From positions 544,001-608,000 of the forward strand of contig CAVSOU010000011.1 of assembly GCA_963729625.1 (NCBI GenBank): DNA of 64,000 bases. Reading direction: 5' to 3'. This stretch comes from an uncultured bacterium. GTDB lineage: Bacteria; Chloroflexota; UBA5177; JANWHV01. The position numbers were made by a program, and so were the translations under genes. Positions 58,705 through 64,000 of the stretch are shown one piece after another. Position 1 is the stretch's first letter; each line of letters begins with the position of its first letter. Under the pieces are notes generated by a model. That model did not search any database. It was given only the letters and a program-made list of their open reading frames with translations, and was not told the DNA's origin.

Positions 58705-59709
58705 TTGGGCTTCTGGCTTGTCGGCTTCTTCATCAGCTTGGCCGGCGTGCTCGTCGCCAGCGACCGGTTAGTCGCCGCTGTCGAAGCGGCTGGAGATCGA
58801 TATCGCTGGTCGACTGGCTTGGTTGGGCTGCTGGCGGCCGCCGGCGCCGATGGCCCTGAGGTCAGCGCAGCCATAATCGCACTGGCCGCCGGCGCCCACG
58901 AGGTCAGCCTGGGAGTGATTCTCGGCTCCAATCTGTTCAATCTCGCCGCGGTCCTTGCATTGCCCGTTCTGATAGTAGGCTTCGTCAAAGTGCGGCATTC
59001 CAGCCTTCAGGCAGATGGCAGTGCGCTGCTGATCGTAACTTGTCTGGTTGAAGCAATGCTTCTCCGGTTCGTTTCGGCCGTCGCCGGCCTCCTGGCCGTG
59101 GCCGCGGTGGTCGCGGCGTACCTGTACATCATTTCCCGCAAGGAGAAAGATGTGCCAACCGGCGCGTTAACCTGCAGTGATGACGCTGTGAGTCCACGTG
59201 GAGATGTGACCTGGGAGGAACGAGAACGAGAACGAGAGGAAGATATCAGGCAGGGACTCCCCGCCGGAATAGTCCTGCTGATGCGAGGACTGGCGGCGAC
59301 CGCCGTGATCATCGGCGGTTGCGACGTGCTTGTCAACGCCACGCTCTATCTGGGACCACATCTGAGCCTGCCCTCGACGTTCACCGGAACCTTTGTCCTG
59401 GCTGCTTTGACTAGTCTGCCGAACGTCTGGGTGGCGATGAGTCTGGCGCGCAGGCATCGCGGCGCGGTCCTGATGAGCGCTGTCTGCAACAGCAACCTGA
59501 TCAACCTGGTGTTTGGCGTGTGCGTGCCGATGCAGTTCAGCGCTCAGCGGCTGATTGGCGTGCAACGGACAGTTGATCTGCCGTGGCTGGCAATTCTCAC
59601 ATCGCTGGCGATCGCATTGGTTTGGACCCGTGAGGGAATGGGACGGCTAGGCGCCGGTGTCATTGTCGCGCTCTACACAGTATTTGCGATCGTGCGCCTT
59701 ACGTCCTGA
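58705..59709 (+). CDS. Ca2+/cation antiporter family (YrbG/NCX-like) membrane protein
   Basis: Two internal repeats with alpha-like motifs (GADGPE...GSNLFN; LTSLPN...NSNLIN) and an acidic central loop. Confidence 0.82.
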   Translation: MGFWLVGFFISLAGVLVASDRLVAAVEAAGDRYRWSTGLVGLLAAAGADGPEVSAAIIALAAGAHEVSLGVILGSNLFNLAAVLALPVLIVGFVKVRHSSLQADGSALLIVTCLVEAMLLRFVSAVAGLLAVAAVVAAYLYIISRKEKDVPTGALTCSDDAVSPRGDVTWEEREREREEDIRQGLPAGIVLLMRGLAATAVIIGGCDVLVNATLYLGPHLSLPSTFTGTFVLAALTSLPNVWVAMSLARRHRGAVLMSAVCNSNLINLVFGVCVPMQFSAQRLIGVQRTVDLPWLAILTSLAIALVWTREGMGRLGAGVIVALYTVFAIVRLTS

Positions 59710-59844
59710 CTGCGTGGCCCATCAGCTGCATGCGGCAGACCCGCGTGGCTATGCGATAACCGGCGAATGGGCTCGCTACCAGGTTCCATCGACCCGGCGC
59801 CTCGCTGATGGGTTCCCTGCGCTGCGGCGAGCCATCGGCGCTGC

Positions 59845-60321
59845 TCACACTTGCCTGGGAACCTTGCCCGTCAGCGTGCACACGAACCGGAAGGCTTTGT
59901 GAAAAGAGTCCGCGGCGGGATCAAACATCAAGGGACAGCCTCCGTCGATTACCGTTATGCCCTGGCTGCGGCCGTACTCGGTCGCTGCCGCGGAGAAGCT
60001 GCCGGCTCCGAAAGCGCGATGCATCCATACGTGCTTGATGCCCAGCGCGGCGCACTCGCGCATCGTGCTTTCCGCCGTGGCGGGCCTGGTTCCGATCACG
60101 ACCGCATCCACTCCGCCGGGGATCGCGCTGAGGTCTCGATAGCAGTCGTCACCTTCGACTTTATCCGCGTTCGGATTGACGGCAAAGACCGTGTAGCCAC
60201 GCGCTCGGAGGCGCTGATACACTGCGTTACTGCCGTGGCCTTTCGGGTTCCTGGATACCCCGGTCACCGCGATACGCTTCTTCGCCAGGAATTCCGCCGC
60301 GGCCATCTTTACGCTCGCCAT
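59845..60321 (-). CDS. CoA-binding domain protein
   Basis: IAVTGVSR, VFAVNP, VDAVVI, GIKHVW, VIDGGCP.M. Confidence 0.9.
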   Translation of the reverse strand: MASVKMAAAEFLAKKRIAVTGVSRNPKGHGSNAVYQRLRARGYTVFAVNPNADKVEGDDCYRDLSAIPGGVDAVVIGTRPATAESTMRECAALGIKHVWMHRAFGAGSFSAAATEYGRSQGITVIDGGCPLMFDPAADSFHKAFRFVCTLTGKVPRQV

Positions 60322-60361
60322 AGCTTACTCCTCGCTGCATTTGCCGGCACCACGACCAATT

Positions 60362-60393
60362 ATAGATGACGACGTGAATAGATGACGACGTGA
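60362..60393. repeat. Perfect 16-bp tandem duplication in a divergent promoter region
   Basis: ATAGATGACGACGTGA x2. Confidence 0.85.
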
Positions 60394-60527
60394 AACGCCA
60401 TGAACCCATATCGTCGCTGGGATTCCGCGGCGCGTTCCAGGCACCGCAACAGGGGATTGCGTCGCATCGCTCCATTGCACCAGAATGGGTCATTGAGGCG
60501 CCGCTAAATCTCGGAGAACCATGCATC

Positions 60528-62978
60528 GTGCCTGAAACGTGTAACCGAATACATCCGGTTATCGGCATGATCAGCCCACGGCTCGGCGACGAGTTCTTTG
60601 GCAACCTGGCCTTCGGTAGCCAGCGCGTGGCGCTCGAGGCCGGTGGTCAAGTCATCGGCCTGCAGACGCCGAGCCAGTGGCAGGACACGCCCTCGTTACC
60701 CGTTGCGGGTGCCGCGGTCTCGTTCGGACATGAGCTGGTCGATGCCTTCATAGTCGTCCTGGACGCCGTCAGCGCGCATGAGCTCCAGCACCTCGGGCGT
60801 TCTAGGAAGCCCATAGTCACCGTGTGCGCCGACCATGTCGATTTGGGCATACCCGCGGTCTTCCCTGATAATCGCGCCGGCATCACCGAGATGGTTCGGC
60901 ACCTTGTGCAGCACGGGCATGTGCGTATTGGCTTCGCGGGGTGCATGAAGTTCGCGGACACGCTCGAACGGCACGCCGCATATGAAGCGGCGTTGCGCGA
61001 TGCGGGCTTGGAACCCGATCCGCGCCTCATCTTCCACGCAACCGACATGGATCAGCCAGGCGGTGAGGCGGCGGCCGCGGAGTTGTTGGCCGCCGGGATG
61101 CCGTGTACCGCTCTGTGCGTGGCAACCGACCAAAACGCCATTAGTCTCGTCGACGCTATTCGGCGCGATGGCTACGCGGTGCCGAGGGATCTCGCCGTTA
61201 CTGCGTTCGACGACCTGGACATCTGTGCCCTGGTCGCCCCGTCCCTCACCACGGTCCAGCAGGACAACGCCGAGATTGGCGCGGCGGCCGCCAGACTGGT
61301 ACTGGCCATGCTCGAGGGCGAGGCTGTGCAGGTGCGTCGCTACTATGTTCCGACCGTGCCGGTGTTTCGGCAGTCGTGTGGGTGTTGGGTCTCCAAGGGT
61401 GCAGAAGCGACCGAGCTTACCGCGACGTCGTCACCCGAATCCTGGGCCACGAATCTGGGCGACGCGATGGTCCGAGCCGCACTTCAGGGCACGTCCACCT
61501 CGTCCGATCGCGACGCTGCTCGGTTACGCGACGGCATTGACCGGTGTATTGCCGTGCTCGATGCAGTGCTTGGCGGGTCCGTGCAGCCACCGCCCGGCGC
61601 CATGGCTGGCGCGCTGCGCGCGATATGTGTGGCCGCAAACAGTGTCGAGACTGTCAACCGCGCGTTTGGAGTGTTCCAAAGGGAAGCGGCGGGTCGCGCC
61701 TCCCAGACCAAGGATGCCGTGCTGGCGAGTCGAGTGGCCGACCTGATCGACGATCTGCGCGCCGAGCTGATCTATGCGGTCCGGTTGCCATACGTCAAGA
61801 GCTTCGTCGAGGCGCAGGACAGCGCTCGCTCCAATTACCACAGCACGCTGGCGTTGCTCGAGCCGCAGTATGGCAGCCCGCGCGATCTTGCGTGGCTGTG
61901 CCAGACACCGGTGCTGGCTGGCTATCTTGGCCTCTGGAGAGACGACGTCCCGGGCTCCGCGCTGACTGTCGTCGGCGGCTATCAGCGCCGGGCGACCGCG
62001 CGGACTCAACTGGGCGAAGTGCAGCGGCCCGAGGCCTTTCCAGCCCTGGAAATGTTTGGCGTGATACCGGACGATCCGAGCACCATGATCATGGTAATTC
62101 CGGTGCACACTGCTGAGCACGATTGGGGTGCGCTCGCCGTGCTTTGCGAGATTGAGCGGCAGTCGACATTGGATGCGTCTGCCGTGAGACAGTGGTCGGT
62201 CCTGCTGGCGGCCGCCCTGGAACGCGAACGGCTGCAATCAGTGCAGGTGGCGGCGCGGGAAGCCGCGGAGCGACTAGCCCAAACGCACACCGAGTTTCTG
62301 GCCTCGATCAGCCATGAGCTGCGCACACCTCTCACGATCATGCTCGGCTATTCGGACCTCCTCCTGGCGCGCTGGGATGCTCTGGCCGAGAATACGCGCC
62401 GGGACTATGTTCGGCGAGTCGTGGCATCAGCGACGCGTCAACAGCGGCTCGTCGAGGATCTGCTGTTGGTCAGCAAGGTCGAGGCCAACGCCCTCGACGT
62501 ACGCCGCGAGCTGGTGGATATTCCCGTACTGATTGCGCAGGCTGCCGATGACCTGCAGGTAGCCTACGCCGGGCAAACAGTGACGGCTCATGGACCCGAC
62601 GATCTGCACGTCATCGGCGATTCAATGCGCCTCGGCCAAATCATCACGAACCTCCTCGACAACGCGGCCAAGTACTCCGAAGAAGGTAGCCCTGTCGAAG
62701 TCACCTGGTCTCGAGAGGGCACTATGGTCGTGGTGCGTGTACGCGATCGCGGCAGGGGCGTGCCGCAGAGTGGCCGGGAACACCTCTTCAGCCGATTTGG
62801 ACGGATGCCGGGCAGCAAGATCCGCGGTGGCAGGGTGGGAACGGGCCTCGGCCTCTTCCTTGGCCGCCAGCTCGCCGAGCTCATGGGTGGCCGGCTCGAG
62901 CTCGAGGATACCGGACCGGATGGCAGCTGTTTTCGCCTTGCCATCCCGGCGATAGAGGACTTGGCCGCACGAAGCTGA
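60528..62978 (+). CDS. Soluble sensor histidine kinase with N-terminal LacI-type sugar-binding domain
   Basis: PDNRAG...HL..HGH.RI.F, D..A, VP.DLAV..FDD, PSLTTV.Q; H-box SHELRTPL; NLLDNA.KY, D.G.G, GTGLGL; no TM helix seen. Start codon uncertain. Confidence 0.9.
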   Translation: MPETCNRIHPVIGMISPRLGDEFFGNLAFGSQRVALEAGGQVIGLQTPSQWQDTPSLPVAGAAVSFGHELVDAFIVVLDAVSAHELQHLGRSRKPIVTVCADHVDLGIPAVFPDNRAGITEMVRHLVQHGHVRIGFAGCMKFADTLERHAAYEAALRDAGLEPDPRLIFHATDMDQPGGEAAAAELLAAGMPCTALCVATDQNAISLVDAIRRDGYAVPRDLAVTAFDDLDICALVAPSLTTVQQDNAEIGAAAARLVLAMLEGEAVQVRRYYVPTVPVFRQSCGCWVSKGAEATELTATSSPESWATNLGDAMVRAALQGTSTSSDRDAARLRDGIDRCIAVLDAVLGGSVQPPPGAMAGALRAICVAANSVETVNRAFGVFQREAAGRASQTKDAVLASRVADLIDDLRAELIYAVRLPYVKSFVEAQDSARSNYHSTLALLEPQYGSPRDLAWLCQTPVLAGYLGLWRDDVPGSALTVVGGYQRRATARTQLGEVQRPEAFPALEMFGVIPDDPSTMIMVIPVHTAEHDWGALAVLCEIERQSTLDASAVRQWSVLLAAALERERLQSVQVAAREAAERLAQTHTEFLASISHELRTPLTIMLGYSDLLLARWDALAENTRRDYVRRVVASATRQQRLVEDLLLVSKVEANALDVRRELVDIPVLIAQAADDLQVAYAGQTVTAHGPDDLHVIGDSMRLGQIITNLLDNAAKYSEEGSPVEVTWSREGTMVVVRVRDRGRGVPQSGREHLFSRFGRMPGSKIRGGRVGTGLGLFLGRQLAELMGGRLELEDTGPDGSCFRLAIPAIEDLAARS

Positions 62979-63176
62979 CCGCGTCAGCCCGCAAGCGCGG
63001 TACAGCCCAGCCCCTCCCGCTCACGCCGGCTGTCCGCGATCATCGGCAATCCGCCCGCCGACGCGTGGGTGCGTGCCCATGTCCACGCTACGCGCCGCGA
63101 CCCACGCAAGTGCCCCCCGGACAAGGAGGGCACATGCTGAGTCTTGGTGTTGACCGGAAGCGACAGCATCGTCGAC

Positions 63177-64000
63177 CTACTGAGCGATTACCCCAAAGCG
63201 AAGCGAAACCGGGCCAGCATGAAGCGTGCCCTTTACCCCTGTGGCGGAGACGTACGCTACCGTCGAGGGCTGCCCGTGTCTCGCGCTCAGAGGTGGGCGG
63301 TACGCCACGTTGAATAGGAAGTGTGCCAGTCCCTGGGAGTCCGTTGTACCGGTGAAGGTCAGGGTCGTGCCGCCGGGATATCTCACCGTGAAGGCAAGCG
63401 CAGCACCGGGCAGCCAGCCAACTGACACAAGCATGCAGCCCGGCAGCCTGCCTTTCAGGTTCTTGACAGCGCCGCATGAGCTCATCCTGCCGCCTACCAC
63501 GGTCAGGGGCTGATTCTGCATGATCAGCACGGGCGCCCTAGGTGCGAGTTCCGTGCCGCGCGTGGGGAGAGGAGGTATGCCGATAAACTGCCACGCCGCA
63601 TGAGTTCCCACTCCGGAGACCTTGTAGATAGAAAAGGTATGGCTGGTCGGGTCGCCGTTAGCGTCAAAGGTGATTGACCCGGCGGCGCCACCCGACGCGG
63701 CCTTGAAATCCTTTGTCACGCCGACAAACCTGGCGATGGCGCTGCGCGTGTTCATCGTCATGGGATCGCCCACGGTCACGAAGTGCGTGGTTACTGCTTC
63801 GGCATACGAAGCAAGCAAGATGTTGGCTGCGTCGTAGGCTTCGACGTCGAACGGTCCGATCTGCGAGCCGGGGAACTGCTGCAGCTCCGAAGCGCGAAAA
63901 CTCGCCGCCCCACTGAACGATATAGGGTCGGGGCCGAGATTACTGGCGTAAGCACCCTGCACGCCGCCGTTCACACTGCTTGTAATGAATCCGGACTCAT
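63177..64000 (-). CDS. C-terminal part of a branched-chain amino acid ABC-type substrate-binding protein with an extra C-terminal Ig-like domain (truncated at window edge)
   Basis: AYDAANILL, G..GSITFDANGD, LivJ-like tail; frame open to the edge. Confidence 0.7.
   Translation of the reverse strand, partial: ESGFITSSVNGGVQGAYASNLGPDPISFSGAASFRASELQQFPGSQIGPFDVEAYDAANILLASYAEAVTTHFVTVGDPMTMNTRSAIARFVGVTKDFKAASGGAAGSITFDANGDPTSHTFSIYKVSGVGTHAAWQFIGIPPLPTRGTELAPRAPVLIMQNQPLTVVGGRMSSCGAVKNLKGRLPGCMLVSVGWLPGAALAFTVRYPGGTTLTFTGTTDSQGLAHFLFNVAYRPPLSARHGQPSTVAYVSATGVKGTLHAGPVSLRFGVIAQ

Overview
GC-rich bacterial chromosomal window with about 50 CDS, one tRNA-Leu(CAG), and no CRISPR array, integrase or transposase. 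Gene content and Thr/Pro-rich secreted proteins suggest a Chloroflexota-like or related soil Terrabacterium (inference only). Left part: a giant secreted PQQ-type beta-propeller protein with six ConA-like modules (three near-identical at DNA level), a Ser/Thr kinase, a DEAD-box helicase, a ThuA/Gfo/UroD-family operon, a vapBC module with a third coupled gene, an MBOAT+SGNH O-acylation pair, and a LacI-regulated fructose/mannose-type ABC system with clear operators. Middle: a Dna2-like nuclease-helicase, up to three candidate structured ncRNA elements around secG/tRNA-Leu, an ECF sigma/anti-sigma pair, radC, a decayed dehydrogenase, hicAB and copper proteins; three genes here carry single-base frameshifts. 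The most unusual feature is at 46.4-55.3 kb: a divergent RuBisCO-like protein (form IV) plus PfkB kinase, P-loop kinase, DUF2090 aldolase and cupin isomerase, sandwiched between a corrinoid protein and its ASKHA reductive activator/DUF1638. A UroD/MtaA-type methyltransferase and a MetH reactivation domain lie elsewhere in the window. Together these suggest an undescribed B12-dependent (methylated) sugar catabolic pathway. All assignments are from motif recognition by eye; no database searches were run.
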